Shown here piece after piece: positions 42,085-56,058 of a stretch of 64,000 nt of DNA (positions within the stretch are counted from its first letter, which is position 1; every line of letters starts with the position of its first letter). The notes below the pieces were generated by a model. That model saw nothing but the letters and a program-made list of their open reading frames with translations. It was not told the origin of the DNA and made no database searches. This stretch comes from Eledone cirrhosa. Taxonomy: Eukaryota. The DNA lies in assembly GCA_964016885.1 (NCBI GenBank), contig OZ024765.1, forward strand, positions 13,826,001 through 13,890,000, read 5' to 3'. The position numbers and the translations under genes were made by a program.

Positions 42085-42397
42085 CTTGGTGTTGGGTTTG
42101 GTAATGGAGGCAGTGATGATAGTGGTGGGGTGGGGGGGGATAATGTTAGTGGTGGTGGCAGTTGTGGTGGTAGGTGAGGTGATAGTGGTGACAGTGATGG
42201 GGGTAATTTTGGTAGTGGTGCTGGAGGCAGGGGGGGGGGCATGGGTAATAGTGGTGGTGATTGTGGTGGTGGTGGTGGTGGTGGTAATAGTGGTGGTGAT
42301 TGTGGTGGTGGGGGCGGTGGTGGTGGTGATGATGATGAAGGTGGTGGTTCTGGTGGTAGTAACAGTGTGTGTGTGTGGGGGGGGGGGGGGTACTTAC

Positions 42398-42593
42398 ATC
42401 AGGTGACAACACAAGTCCTTCATCACAGCCACATCCTTCAAAGAGGGCATGTTTCGGGCAGATGTTAATCTCGTCAATGTTAAGACATGTTGTCTGGCAT
42501 TTTGTGACATCAGTCAACCATTTCTGATTCTTGGGACAAATAATTTCCTCTTCACATTCGGAACCGCAGTTCCAGTTTCCCATCATACAGGTA
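42398..42593 (-). CDS. Exon: E2 end and TIL' (TCMMGNWNC...CPKNQ...[14 protein letters not shown])
   Basis: TIL pattern; ttaaag/gtaagt. Confidence 0.88.
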
Positions 42594-42629
42594 CTTTAAA
42601 TATAGGAAATAATAAACATATATATACAC

Positions 42630-42749
<120 letters not shown>

Positions 42750-42766
42750 ATATATATGTATGTGTG

Positions 42767-42817
<51 letters not shown>

Positions 42818-43457
42818 ATATATGTGTGTATATATGTGTGTATATAAATATATTTATATATGTGTGTGTGTTTTTATGTGTGTATATGTGTATGTGTGTT
42901 TATGGTTGCGCGCGAGTGTGTGAGTGAGTGTGTTTTTTTGTGAATGTGTCTGTTGATTTTTGGCATATAGTTGATTAGTTTAAGAGTAGTTCGAAGATAA
43001 TTGTAAGATATGCACTCAGTATTTTGAATCTGTCTACAGAATTCTCTAAACCTTTGTCACTTAGTAGAACCTTAATGAATTTAGCTTTTAAAGAATCTCC
43101 CTTTCCTTTAATTCTATCTACCATGACTGACCCCCCACTGATCTTATAGACATCTGTTAGCTTAAGAGAAACTTAATGACAAGGAATGGTATGCCATCCG
43201 GAACCTGTTTATAGAATTCTGTCTGCCTTTGTTACTCTAAAAACAAAAATTAATAAAAATAAACTATAGCTTTGTAGAATTAGCTTTTAATGAATTCCCT
43301 TTTCTATCAACCAATGACCTACACCCATCCCACTCCCCACCCTCTCCTACCACTTGTAGAGACCTATAAATACCATATTTATTTTTTGATACCCAGATTC
43401 CTGATGATTTTTAAAGAATGAAACAGTTCTAGTCCTGTAGAATCTCATCTATATTAA

Positions 43458-43506
<49 letters not shown>

Positions 43507-43541
43507 ATATAAGATCAAAAGATGGTTAAATGAGTTCCAAG

Positions 43542-43612
43542 TATTTTATTATGTGCATTTCAAAAACAAATATCATCATGGGATGATATCTGCGTTCTCA
43601 TCAGATAAAATA
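43542..43612 (-). ncRNA. Type I hammerhead ribozyme
   Basis: TATTTTAT-CTGATGA-(GATATCATC/GATGATATT)-GAAA-TGCACA-TA-ATAAAATA. Confidence 0.72.
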
Positions 43613-43723
43613 GGGAGACATGATATGAAGCTTAAAAAACACTTGTGAATAGTGAAGTTTTAAATCAACCTGCTTTATTGTGCTACAATAAAACTCACCT
43701 CCTATATATATATATAAATTAAT

Positions 43724-44443
43724 GAAGAAGAAGAAGGCAAAGAAGAAGAAGAAGAAGGCAAAGAAGAAGAAGGCAAAGAAGAAGAAGGCAAAGAAGAAGA
43801 AGAAGGCAAAGAAGAAGAAGAAGAAGAAGAAGAAGAAGAAGAAGAAGAAGAAGAAGAAGAAGAAGAAGAAGAAGAAGAAGAAGAAGAAGAAGAAGAAGAA
43901 GAAGAAGAAGGCAAAGAAGAAGAAGAAGAAGAAGAAGAAGAAGAAGAAGAAGAAGAAGAAGAAGAAGAAGAAGAAGAAGAAGAAGAAGAAGAAGAAGAAG
44001 AAGAAGGCAAAGAAGAAGAAGAAGAAGAAGGCAAAGAAGAAGAAGAAGAAGAAGAAGAAGAAGAAGAAGAAGAAGAAGAAGAAGAAGAAGAAGAAGAAGA
44101 AGAAGAAGAAGAAGGCAAAGAAGAAGAAGGCAAAGAAGAAGAAGAAGAAGAAGAAGAAGAAGAAGAAGAAGAAGAAGAAGAAGAAGAAGAAGGCGAAGAA
44201 GAAGAAGAAGAAGGCAAAGAAGAAGAAGAAGAAGAAGAAGGCAAAGAAGAAGAAGGCAAAGAAGAAGAAGGCAAAGAAGAAGAAGGCAAAGAAGAAGAAG
44301 AAGGCAAAGAAGAAGAAGGCAAAGAAGAAAAAAAAAAGAAGAAGAAGAAGAAGAAGAAGAAGAAGAAGAAGAAGAAGAAGAAGAAGAAGAAGAAGAAGGA
44401 GAAGAAGAAGAAGAAGAAGAAGAAGAAGAAGAAGAAGAAGAAG
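43724..44443. repeat. ~720-bp (GAA)n array with GGCAAA interruptions
   Basis: Direct. Confidence 0.98.
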
Positions 44444-44451
44444 ATAGTTAC

Positions 44452-44713
44452 CAATTTGTGCATTTCCTCCTCATTACGGCACCAGCTTCATATATCTTGT
44501 TTCCGTTCATCTTGTCGTAACATGGACATTTGTCATGGCGGACGCATTTCATGTTATTATTCAAGACTCTGCCGGAGTCTGGTTGACAAGCACAGCCAGG
44601 GACACACTCTTCTTCACAGGAAGGATTCAATGCCTCTCTATCTCGACAGTTACCATTGCAGGAACTTGAACATTCTAGATAGTGAAGCCCGGAACCAGGT
44701 TCACACCCATAGC
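44452..44713 (-). CDS. Exon: TIL2-E2
   Basis: YLECSSSCNGNC...CVPGCACQP...CVRHDKCPC; atcag/gtaact. Confidence 0.92.
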
Positions 44714-45019
44714 CTGATAGGAAAATAGAATGTAAAGAAAAATAATGAGATCCTTCCTTCCTCTCGTATCTTCGAAGCATGTGGTTATATGACAGTTTCC
44801 CATTTCTTTACACAGTCCTTTGCATTATTAGTGGATTGGCAGTATCAGTAGAGGTTCGGACGCCATGCTTTCTAGCATAGAGTTACGTCCCTTTACGGAC
44901 TGGGTTCAAATCCCTCCAAGGTTAACTTTGCCTTTCATCCTTACGGGGTCGATAAAATAAAGTACCAGTAATGTACTGGGTAATTGCTGGCCTTGTGCCA
45001 AAAGTAGAAACAATTATTA

Positions 45020-45262
45020 TTAAATTCTGCGAGATCTGTTAAGCTGCACTGGTTGGGTAGTAGAGGGCAAACAAGGCAATGCTGCATCATATGGCCCTCT
45101 TCTCTGCATTCGCAGATGGTTGGGCCCCGGTCTTGTAGCACGCCGTCTGGCCATAGCAACTTTTGGTCGTCACATTCCTGTTCTCAGGCAATTGAATGTC
45201 TTCCACCGGACCGATGGTGCTTCTGAGCCAGGATGGAGGGAGGGCTTCAGAAGGGGGGATTC
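45020..45262 (-). mobile_element. Non-LTR retrotransposon C-terminal fragment with zinc-knuckle
   Basis: WKTFNCLRTG...CEC...HCLVCPLLP, frameshifted. Confidence 0.55.
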
Positions 45263-45304
45263 CCATGTCAATGAGATGAATAAGAAATATAAAAATATGT
45301 AACT

Positions 45305-47805
45305 GTAAAGTGGTCGTGTTGGTGACATGACAAAAAACACCCAGTCCACATTGTAAAGTGGTTGTGTAGGTGTCATGAGAAAAGAACCCAGTCCACATTG
45401 TAAAGTGGTTGTGTAGGTGTCATGAGAAAAGAACCCAGTCCACATTGTAAAGTGGTTGTGTAGGTGTCATGAGAAAAGAACCCAGTCCACATTGTAAAGT
45501 GGTTGTGTAGGTGTCATGAGAAAAGAACCCAGTCCACATTGTAAAGTGGTTGTGTAGGTGTCATGAGAAAAGAACCCAGTCCACATTGTAAAGTGGTTGT
45601 GTAGGTGTCATGAGAAAAGAACCCAGTCCACACTGTAAAGTGGTCGTGTTGGTGACATGACAAAAAACACCCAGTCCACATTGTAAAGTGGTTGTGTAGG
45701 TGTCATGAGAAAAGAACCCAGTCCACATTGTAAAGTGGTTGTGTAGGTGTCATGAGAAAAGAACCCAGTCCACACTGTAAAGTGGTTGTGTAGGTGTCAT
45801 GAGAAAAGAACCCAGTCCACATTGTAAAGTGGTTGTGTAGGTGTCATGAGAAAAGAACCCAGTCCACATTGTAAAGTGGTTGTGTAGGTGTCATGAGAAA
45901 AGAACCCAGTCCACACTGTAAAGTGGTTGTGTAGGTGTCATGAGAAAAGAACCCAGTCCACATTGTAAAGTGGTTGTGTAGGTGTCATGAGAAAAGAACC
46001 CAGTCCACATTGTAAAGTGGTTGTGTAGGTGTCATGAGAAAAGAACCCAGTCCACATTGTAAAGTGGTTGTGTAGGTGTCATGAGAAAAGAACCCAGTCC
46101 ACACTGTAAAGTGGTTGTGTAGGTGTCATGAGAAAAGAACCCAGTCCACATTGTAAAGTGGTTGTGTAGGTGTCATGAGAAAAGAACCCAGTCCACATTG
46201 TAAAGTGGTTGTGTAGGTTACATGAGAAAAGAACCCAGTCCACATTGTAAAGTGGTTGTGTAGGTGTCATGAGAAAAGAACCCAGTCCACATTGTAAAGT
46301 GGTTGTGTAGGTGTCATGAGAAAAGAACCCAGTCCACATTGTAAAGTGGTTGTGTAGGTGTCATGAGAAAAGAACCCAGTCCACACTGTAAAGTGGTTGT
46401 GTAGGTGTCATGAGAAAAGAACCCAGTCCACATTGTAAAGTGGTTGTGTAGGTGTCATGAGAAAAGAACCCAGTCCACACTGTAAAGTGGTTGTGTAGGT
46501 GTCATGAGAAAAGAACCCAGTCCACACTGTAAAGTGGTTGTGTAGGTGTCATGAGAAAAGAACCCAGTCCACACTGTAAAGTGGTCGTGTTGGTGACATG
46601 ACAAAAAACACCCAGTCCACATTGTAAAGTGGTTGTGTAGGTGTCATGAGAAAAGAACCCAGTCCACATTGTAAAGTGGTTGTGTAGGTGTCATGAGAAA
46701 AGAACCCAGTCCACACTGTAAAGTGGTTGTGTAGGTGTCATGAGAAAAGAACCCAGTCCACACTGTAAAGTGGTCGTGTTGGTGACATGACAAAAAACAC
46801 CCAGTCCACATTGTAAAGTGGTTGTGTAGGTGTCATGAGAAAAGAACCCAGTCCACATTGTAAAGTGGTTGTGTAGGTGTCATGAGAAAAGAACCCAGTC
46901 CACACTGTAAAGTGGTTGTGTAGGTGTCATGAGAAAAGAACCCAGTCCACACTGTAAAGTGGTTGTGTAGGTGTCATGAGAAAAGAACCCAGTCCACACT
47001 GTAAAGTGGTCGTGTTGGTGACATGACAAAAAACACCCAGTCCACATTGTAAAGTGGTTGTGTAGGTGTCATGAGAAAAGAACCCAGTCCACATTGTAAA
47101 GTGGTTGTGTAGGTGTCATGAGAAAAGAACCCAGTCCACATTGTAAAGTGGTTATGTAGGTGTCATGAGAAAAGAACCCAGTCCACACTGTAAAGTGGTT
47201 GTGTAAGTGTCATGAGAAAAGAACCCAGTCCACACTGTAAAGTGGTCGTGTTGGTGACATGACAAAAAACACCCAGTCCACATTGTAAAGTGGTTGTGTA
47301 GGTGTCATGAGAAAAGAACCCAGTCCACATTGTAAAGTGGTTGTGTAGGTGTCATGAGAAAAGAACCCAGTCCACATTGTAAAGTGGTTATGTAGGTGTC
47401 ATGAGAAAAGAACCCAGTCCACACTGTAAAGTGGTTGTGTAGGTGTCATGAGAAAAGAACCCAGTCCACACTGTAAAGTGGTTGTGTAGGTGTCATGAGA
47501 AAAGAACCCAGTCCACACTGTAAAGTGGTTGTGTAGGTGTCATGAGAAAAGAACCCAGTCCACACTGTAAAGTGGTTGTGTAGGTGTCATGAAAAAAGAA
47601 CCCAGTCCACATTGTAAAGTGGTTGTGTAGGTGTCATGAGAAAAGAACCCAGTCCACATTGTAAAGTGGTTGTGTAGGTGTCATGAGAAAAGAACCCAGT
47701 CCACACTGTAAAGTGGTTGTGTAGGTGTCATGAGAAAAGAACCCAGTCCACATTGTAAAGTGGTTGTGTAGGTGTCATGAGAAAAGAACCCAGTCCACAT
47801 TGTAA
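45305..47805. repeat. 47-bp minisatellite, ~53 copies, SINE-derived
   Basis: gtaaagtggttgtgtaggtgtcatgagaaaagaacccagtccacatt. Confidence 0.97.
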
Positions 47806-48239
47806 TAACTCAGGCAGACAACCTACACATAAGCAAACACCCAACAGTATAGATAGGAGTATTAAACACGACAGTGATGGCTGCACAGCGCATAGACAGT
47901 TGAGGGAGTTCGGGAACCCTAGGGACCACAGCACATACGGACTGAACAGTAATAACTCCATGGACCGGGAGGGGCAAACCATAGATACTGAAGTAGATAA
48001 CCCAGCCCAGAGCTCTAGGGCTAATACCAAGATTAAGAGTAACAGCAATGATACGTCAGGATACTCGGGTAGCGGGACAGGGACGGAAAATACGGCTAGA
48101 AAACGTGCCCAGAACAACTTAGAGAGCGAAGGCCATTCCACAGACTTAAGTAATAGTTCTATGCATAGGGATAGAATGGGGGGGGGTCAATTAGGAGTAG
48201 GGCTTAACCGGAGAGAGCAGCTTAACAATGCAAGCACCA

Positions 48240-48700
48240 CTAATAGCAGACGACGAAATAGAAATAGATCTAAAAATGTCGCATGATTTAATGCACCATA
48301 CTTGAAGCATGTACGCACTAACATGCCAGGTCTCTTCTTCAGGGCATTGGACGAATGTTTCCCGGCTTCACACAGGTAAAGACAAAATTTTCAATCGGCA
48401 CACCGTGAAGTTCTCATTTTCCATGGCACCCAACATGGCGGACTACATGGCCAAGACCAATGCGCTGAAATTAAGGACACCTCATGGGCACACCGATCAG
48501 ACACCAGACCCGCCAGGGGAGCTGCGGGGAGAGCACACGGATTGGCGGACTCAAAGGCAATGGCATTGAATACGACCTCAGCTGGGGTATTGTTCAGCAT
48601 GCGAATGCGTACTCGGCTGGAGAAAGGAAGTGCAAGTTATGCCTGTCCGAGGCTATGGAGATAATGATTTCTTTATTAACCACAAGGGTTTACATAAAGT
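48240..48700 (+). pseudogene. Degenerate Penelope-like retroelement (RT thumb/linker and GIY-YIG C-terminal region)
   Basis: RNRSKNVA*FNAPY...ECFP..H..KIFNRHTVKFSFSMAPNM and NGIEYDLSWGIV...KCKLCLSE match PLE motifs; stops, frameshifts and internal deletion. Confidence 0.7.
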
Positions 48701-49651
48701 AGACATTAAGGACAGTGCAGGACAATAAAACTTAAGGGCCCTGGTGATACCGGATCGATCTGCATAACGCACCACCGGCACCGCAGAACCAGGTGGAGCG
48801 CATGCAATGGACAACAATTGAACACTGCATATCTATGAATGCATGACAGCACAAGCTGATAGCAGTGACAGTTCAAACGTTGCCCCCCTCGTAGAACACC
48901 ATAATGGCACCGCCACACCAATTTGCAGACGCCGGCTCATTACAAGTAGGACTGGGTCTACAAACATATGTGTGGTTTTAAATTTTCAAATTTCTAAATT
49001 TTCAAACTTTTAAATTTTTAAATTGTTGATTTCCGATATTCGATTCGCGGTGCTTAATCTGCTACTTGGATGATGGACATGATGCTGGTCTTAAGGTTAA
49101 TATCACAGCTAATTGTAATGTTAATTTTAATTTTAATTTTAATTTTAATTTTAATTTTGATTTTGATTTTGATTTCAAGTTTTAATTTTGTCGTTCCATG
49201 CCGCCGATATACATACGCACACAATGCATGCCGCTGGCACATTTCTTCATACATACACTCCACGTGCATTCCATATATATTGTTATGAAGCACATACCCT
49301 TTATATTTCATGTATACACCAAACCTATGCACATCCTATATATACTTTTATGAAATGGATGTTACACATAACCACAATATATATATAACTTGTTTGTGAA
49401 TGCATGCACGGACCACACCTATCCACAAGCAACGAGACCTGCATCATGCGCAGGCTCCTACCCAGTGCCTTAGCCCAACAACCCCCATGTATATCATATA
49501 AACATTTGCACCACAGCCCACAACTAGTGGGAGTGGGAGGATAGGGTAGGGGTAGTGGATTGGGGTGTATATTTGGATAAGAGGTGCCTACTGACTGTAG
49601 GTTTCGCTTTGTACGCAAGGCAGGTCTTCTGTATATATATTTATCACTTAC

Positions 49652-49883
49652 CACACATGTCTATCAAAGTACTGTTTTGTCTCCAGTTAATTATTTGTCC
49701 ATATTCAGCACACTTCCTTGAGTACGACTCCAGAGCAATACACATAGGCTTAATGTCACTGGAGAGACACATCTCATACTTGCACATCTTGTAGTAGTAG
49801 ACATAGTCAACATAACTGAAGCATTTTGAAAACAGATTCTCATCTTTAAGGAATTTACATGTTGTTTCAGCATTCTCCTTTGC
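49652..49883 (-). CDS. Exon: C8-2 (AKENAETTCKFL...YYYKMCKYEMC...INWRQ...C)
   Basis: C8 cysteine pattern; aaatag/gtaagt. Confidence 0.9.
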
Positions 49884-49949
49884 CTATTTATGGAGTGAGA
49901 AAAAGAGAGAGGATAAAAAATAGTCATAAATATATACACATCTTATCTT

Positions 49950-50605
49950 TAACACTTTAGCATTTACATTACTCTATATATACTATTGTATTTTCACAGT
50001 AAAGGCTTTACCTCACATAATATCTGACATAACATTTACATTACTCTATATATACTATTGTATTTTCACAGTAAAGGCTTTACCTCACATAATATCTCAC
50101 ATAACATTTACATTACTCTATATATACTATTGTATTTTCACGGTAAAGACTTTACCTCACATATTATCTCATATAACATTTACATTACTCTATATTTACT
50201 ATTGTATTTTCACAGAAAAGGTTTTACCTCACATAATATCTCACATAACATTTACATTACTCTATATATACTATTGTATTTTCACAGTAAAGGTTTTAAC
50301 CCACATAATATCTCACATAACATTTACATTACTCTATATATACTATTGTATTTTTACGGTAAAGACTTTACCTCACATATTATCTCACATAACATTTACA
50401 TTACTCTATATATACTATTGTATTTTCACAGTAAAGGCTTTACCTCACACAATTATCTCACATAATATCGAATCTATGAGATTTTGGTATTATTTATTTT
50501 GAGAACACTACCTTTACGTAAGCACGAGGAGCCAGTTATCGCTGGTTTGAACAAAAAGAGGTGAGAGAATTCTGGCCGGATATGGCCGGTTTAAATGCTA
50601 AAGGG
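49950..50605 (-). repeat. TTAA MITE with a ~70-bp internal segment tandemly amplified (similar at 36360-36590, 56940-57515)
   Basis: cacataacatttacattactctatatatactattgtattttcacagtaaagg repeated inside MITE ends. Confidence 0.8.
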
Positions 50606-50874
50606 TTAATATAGTAAATTCCTGATAGAGTTGTAAGGATGCTGTAGAGACATATGGTGTTTCTTAACGTTTTTAAACCTGGCAGAACCCATTCCCTCTT
50701 CAGGTATGAACACAGCAGATTTCTTTCATGTGCATATATATATATGTAAGGTTTGTATTGTATAGTCCCATAACTCTTGATGGAGTTGAAGGGGCTCCAT
50801 AGTGGCATACGCAATTTCATGAGCATTTCTTTGAAAGCCTGGTGTGGAGCCACATTTTTTCATCTCCTCTCACT

Positions 50875-51410
50875 CTAGTCTGACCTAAACTGGCCTAAAA
50901 TGGTCAGAACTGGTCTAAACTGGACTGAACTGGTCTGGTTTAGTCTGGTCATAATTATTATGAAAATAGTTCAACAAATCAAGCATATAAGCCACATTTT
51001 TTAATCTCCCTTCACTCTAGCCTAGTCTGAACTGGCCTAAACTGGACTAAAAACTGGATTAAACTGGACTAAAAACTGGACTAAACTGGCCTAAAAACTG
51101 GACTGAACTGGCCTAAAAACTGGACTGAACTGATCTGGTTTAGTCTGGTCATAATTATTATGAAAATAGTTCAACAAGTCAAGTGTATAAGCCACATTTT
51201 TCCATCTTCTCTCACTCTGGTCTGGTCGTGTCTGCCCTGAATTTGCCAGAACATGCCTGAACTGGTCTGAATTAGTCTCAACTGGCCTCAACTGATCTGA
51301 ATTGGTCTGAACTGACCTGAATTAGTCTAAACTAGTCTGAACTTGCCTGAACTGGTCTAAATTGGCTTGAATTGGTCTGAACTAACTTGATCTAGTCTTG
51401 CTTCGTCTAG
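50875..51410. repeat. Degenerate 10-bp (aactggtctg-like) arrays in three larger units
   Basis: Direct. Confidence 0.8.
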
Positions 51411-51460
51411 CCATAATTATTATGAAAAACATCCACCAAATTGAAGATATTTCCACTTAC

Positions 51461-51622
51461 ATAATAGAAATCAGAACAGGGGTCCCCAGTGTGTCTGGGT
51501 GTATCAATACACATCTTGTCTCGGTAAATTTCAAGGAACTTTTCCACAGTTTCTGGGGCTCCATTCTTCCCGGTTATCTCATCTGCTCGTTTGTAGTTGA
51601 ATTTACCACACAAACCTTGGAT
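51461..51622 (-). CDS. Exon: VWD2 end (IQGLCGKFNYKRADE...)
   Basis: GLCG.FN motif; gctag/gtaagt. Confidence 0.9.
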
Positions 51623-51674
51623 CTAGCAATGAAATAACATCAATTAAATTTATATACATATACATGGTGTTGGG

Positions 51675-52372
51675 TTGGGAAGGGCACCCAGCCGTAGAAA
51701 ACCCGCCAGACGTGTAGGTGTCACGACAATAAAACACACAGTCCATGCTGTAATGTGGCCGTGTAGGTAACACGGTAAAAACCTCCCAGTCCACACTGTA
51801 AACGTGGTTGGTGTTAGGAAAGGCATCCAGCCGTAGAAAACCCGCCAGACATGTAGGTGTCATGACAATAAAACACACAGTCCACGCTGTAATGTGGCCG
51901 TGTAGGTAACACGGTAAAAACCTCCCAGTCCACACTGTAAACGTTGTTGGTGTTAGGAAGGGCATCCAGCCGTAGAAAACCCGCCAGACGTGTAGGTGTC
52001 ACGACAATAAAACACACAGTCCACGCTGTAATGTGGCCGTGTAGGTAACACGGTAAAAACCTCCCAGTCCACACTGTAAACGTGGTGTTAGGAAGGGCAT
52101 CCAGCCGTAGGAAACCCGCCAGACATGTAGGTGTCACGACAATAAAACACACAATCCATGCTGTAATGTGGCCGTGTAGGTAACACGGTAAAAACCTCCC
52201 AGTCCACACTGTAAACGTGGTTGGTGTTAGGAAGGGCATCCAGCCGTAGGAAACCTGCCAGACAGTCCTGAGCAAGACAACCAATCTTGCCTCAAGTGGG
52301 ACAATTCCCGTCCAGACCCATGCAAGCGTGGAAGATGGACGTTAAACGATGATGATGATGATGATGATGATG
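51675..52372 (+). repeat. ~139-bp unit x4 plus RTE-type tail, homologous to 61395-61645
   Basis: Direct homology, ending ggacgttaaac(gat)n. Confidence 0.85.
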
Positions 52373-52391
52373 AACCAGTAATTCCAATTAC

Positions 52392-52709
52392 CTTATTTTC
52401 AAAGAATGGATACAGTTTAATGTAAAGTTGATGGTTTGGGTTGAAGAGAACTCGGAAACCAAATCCCTCGACTAAGATGAATTGAAGGGTAGCTTTCTTT
52501 ACATAGATGTAACGTGAGAGATAGGGCAGTACAGGGTTAACTTCATCATTAACACTGATTTGGTTGCCATCCAATGTAATGGTCACTCCATAAGCAGATA
52601 TTGTGACCTTCATTAAACAGTTTTGTTTTACTGTCCACCCAGTTGAGCAGGGTCTGTAGGCTGCAGTGATTCTCAAATTGGCACGTTTGTCAGTATAAGT
52701 TCTGATTGG
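52392..52709 (-). CDS. Exon: VWD2 core
   Basis: 106 open codons (PIRTYTDK...FRVLFNPNHQLYIKLYPFFENK); tttcag/gtaatt. Confidence 0.9.
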
Positions 52710-52838
52710 CTGAAAAAAGAAAAATATATATATATATATGCAAAAGTACTATTTAAATTGTTGGGATACAACAAGCAAATATTATTATAACTGATATAAA
52801 GCACTCGACAAATATTTGGAGTAGATATACAATATTAA

Positions 52839-53090
52839 TAAATGGAAACTATATTTATAAAACCATATTTATTTCATTATATATATTTCAAGGATACCAA
52901 GTTAAATCATGGTATGCCTTCATCAGACAAAATACAATATATAACAGTTTTACAACAGTTTTACAATATCTATTTGTAAAACTGTTATATATTGTATTTT
53001 GTCTGATGAAGGCATACCATGATTTAACTTGGTATCCTTGAAATATATATAATGAAATAAATATGGTTTTATAAATATAGTTTCCATTTA
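52839..53090. ncRNA. Near-perfect inverted repeat with hammerhead pair (minus ~52869-52934, plus ~52995-53059)
   Basis: TATTTTGT-CTGATGA-AGG(ATACCA/TGGTAT)CCTT-GAAA-TATATA-TA-ATGAAATA in both arms. Confidence 0.8.
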
Positions 53091-53123
53091 TATATATATA
53101 TATATACATATATAGTTTCCATT

Positions 53124-53156
<33 letters not shown>

Positions 53157-53285
53157 ATAATATATATTATATATATATATAATATATATTATATATATAT
53201 GTATATGTATATATATATATAAAGAGAGAGAGAGAGAGTGAGAGAGAGAGAAAGGGGGAGAGAAATATGTGAATATATATATTAA

Positions 53286-53323
<38 letters not shown>

Positions 53324-53469
53324 TAAATATATATGCATATATATGTATATATGTATTAAGTATATATTCATATATATATATATCATCATCATCATCATTT
53401 TATGTCTGCTTTTCCCTAATATATATATATATTTGTGTCTGTTTATATATATATATATGCGTGTATGTG

Positions 53470-54125
<656 letters not shown>

Positions 54126-54245
54126 CGGTTTCAACACACGTTTTCAGATAAAGAATCTTGCTAAACAAATTCAGAAACGATATATATATATATAGGAGGA
54201 GAAGGAGGAGCCAGGAAATGTGAAACAAGAACAGAAAAGACGAAC

Positions 54246-54387
54246 CTGGACCAAGTCATAGCGACAAGCAGAGGGTTCAAACTTGAATATTTCTCCGTCA
54301 AATGTGTTGAAATGAGCTCTCTCTAAAATACTGCAGGTACCAGCGCATTTATCTTTTGTACATTCCCATCGACCCCTTTCACATGTG
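54246..54387 (-). CDS. Exon: E1 end / VWD2 start (TCERGRWECTKDKCAGTCSILERAHFNTFDG...)
   Basis: HF.TFDG VWD motif; ttacag/gttcgt. Confidence 0.92.
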
Positions 54388-54485
54388 CTGTAAGAGACGA
54401 TGAAATCGAAATAAGTTATAATAATAGGTGCTCTGGGAATGATAAAAAACACACACAGACAAATACATAGCCAAAACTCCAAGAC

Positions 54486-54962
54486 TTACAAATATATACA
54501 ACATACAAAAGATAGCACTACTAGGTACTGTATATATATTATATAGAGTACCACAGGACTTACAAATATATACAACATACAAAAGATAGCACTAGTAGGT
54601 ACTGTATATATATTATATAGAGTACCACAGGACTTACAAATATATACAACATACAAAAGATAGCACTACTAGGTACTGTATATATATTATATAGAGTACC
54701 ACAGGACTTACAAATATATACAACATACAAAAGATAGCACTACTAGGTACTGTATATATATTATATAGAGTCCCACAGGACTTACAAATATATACAACAT
54801 ACAAAAGATAGCACTACTAGGTACTGTATATATATTATATAGAGTACCACAGGACTTACAAATATATACAACATACAATAGATAGCACTACTAGGTACTG
54901 TATATATATTATATAGAGTCCCACAGGACTTACAAATATATACAACATACAAAAGATAGCAC
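54486..54962. repeat. 74-bp minisatellite, ~6.5 copies
   Basis: Direct. Confidence 0.95.
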
Positions 54963-55817
54963 TTCTGCAGTATATTTACACTATATGTGTCAAAGCATGG
55001 CATCTGACACTCTACCAATACTGTCAATCCAACAATAATTGTTTCTACATTTGGCACAAGGCCAGCAATTACCCAGTGTATTACTGGTACTTTATTTTAT
55101 CGACCCTGTAAGGATGAAAAGCAAAGATAACGTCGGCGGGATTTGAACTCAGACCATAAAGGGCTGTAACTCTTTGCTGCAAAGCACAGCGTCCGACCCT
55201 CTACCGATACTGCCAATCCACCGCCCTTTAGAGTTTCTACTTTTGGCACAAGGTCAGCAATTTCCCCAGTGCATCACTGGTACTTTATTTTATTGACCTC
55301 GTAAGGATGAAAGGCAAAGTTAACCTTGGCGGATTTGAACTCAGAACGCAAAGGGTCGTAACTATGCTGGAAAGCATGTCCGACTCTCTACCGATACTGA
55401 CAATTCACCATAATAAGGATAATAATGGTTTCTTATATAAGAAGAAGGACCATCATCATCATTTCATTTTACGTCTGCTTTTTCCCTGCTTGCAAGGGTG
55501 GGACGGGAACTGATTCTGGCTTGATTTCTACAGCTGGATGCCCTTCCTAACACCAACCTCATTTACAGTGAGTGCTGGGTGCTTTTTTGCCGTGGCACCT
55601 CCACGATCCCTTTGCAGTGGAATGATAGGGACCCCAGTCCCTACCATCTCATTTCTACAGCTGAGTAAACTGGATCAATGTGAAATAAAGTGTCTTGCTC
55701 AAGGAAACAACACATCACCCGGTCTGAGAATTGAACTCACAACCTTTCGGTTGCAAGGCCAGTGCTCTAACCACTAAGCCATGTGCCTTCATTATGATAA
55801 TAATAATAATAACATAC

Positions 55818-56058
55818 CATTCATTGCATTTCACCTTGACTTTGTCCCCAGCTTGGTGTTGTTTGCCGTGGTACTCACAGGAGCAGTTGTTGGGAACAAC
55901 ACACTTGCCATTGTCCAGGACAGTTCCAGGGGTACACTCACACCCTGGAGAGCACTGAGTGTAGCAAGAATCTGGTTTGATACTGTAGAGATTTTGACAG
56001 GATAATTTACATATGGAGGCACATTCGGAGTAGATGAAACCAGCAGGGCAACTTTTGG
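55818..56058 (-). CDS. Exon: TIL1-E1 (KSCPAGFIYSECASICKLSC...GCECTPG...CSCEYHGK...KCNE)
   Basis: TIL cysteine spacing; tttcag/gtatgt. Confidence 0.92.

Noticed and set aside
48284-48286. In-frame TGA in the Penelope-like relic as possible selenocysteine
   Set aside because: Aligns to a conserved Trp (WFNPPY), the element has other lesions, and I see no clear SECIS
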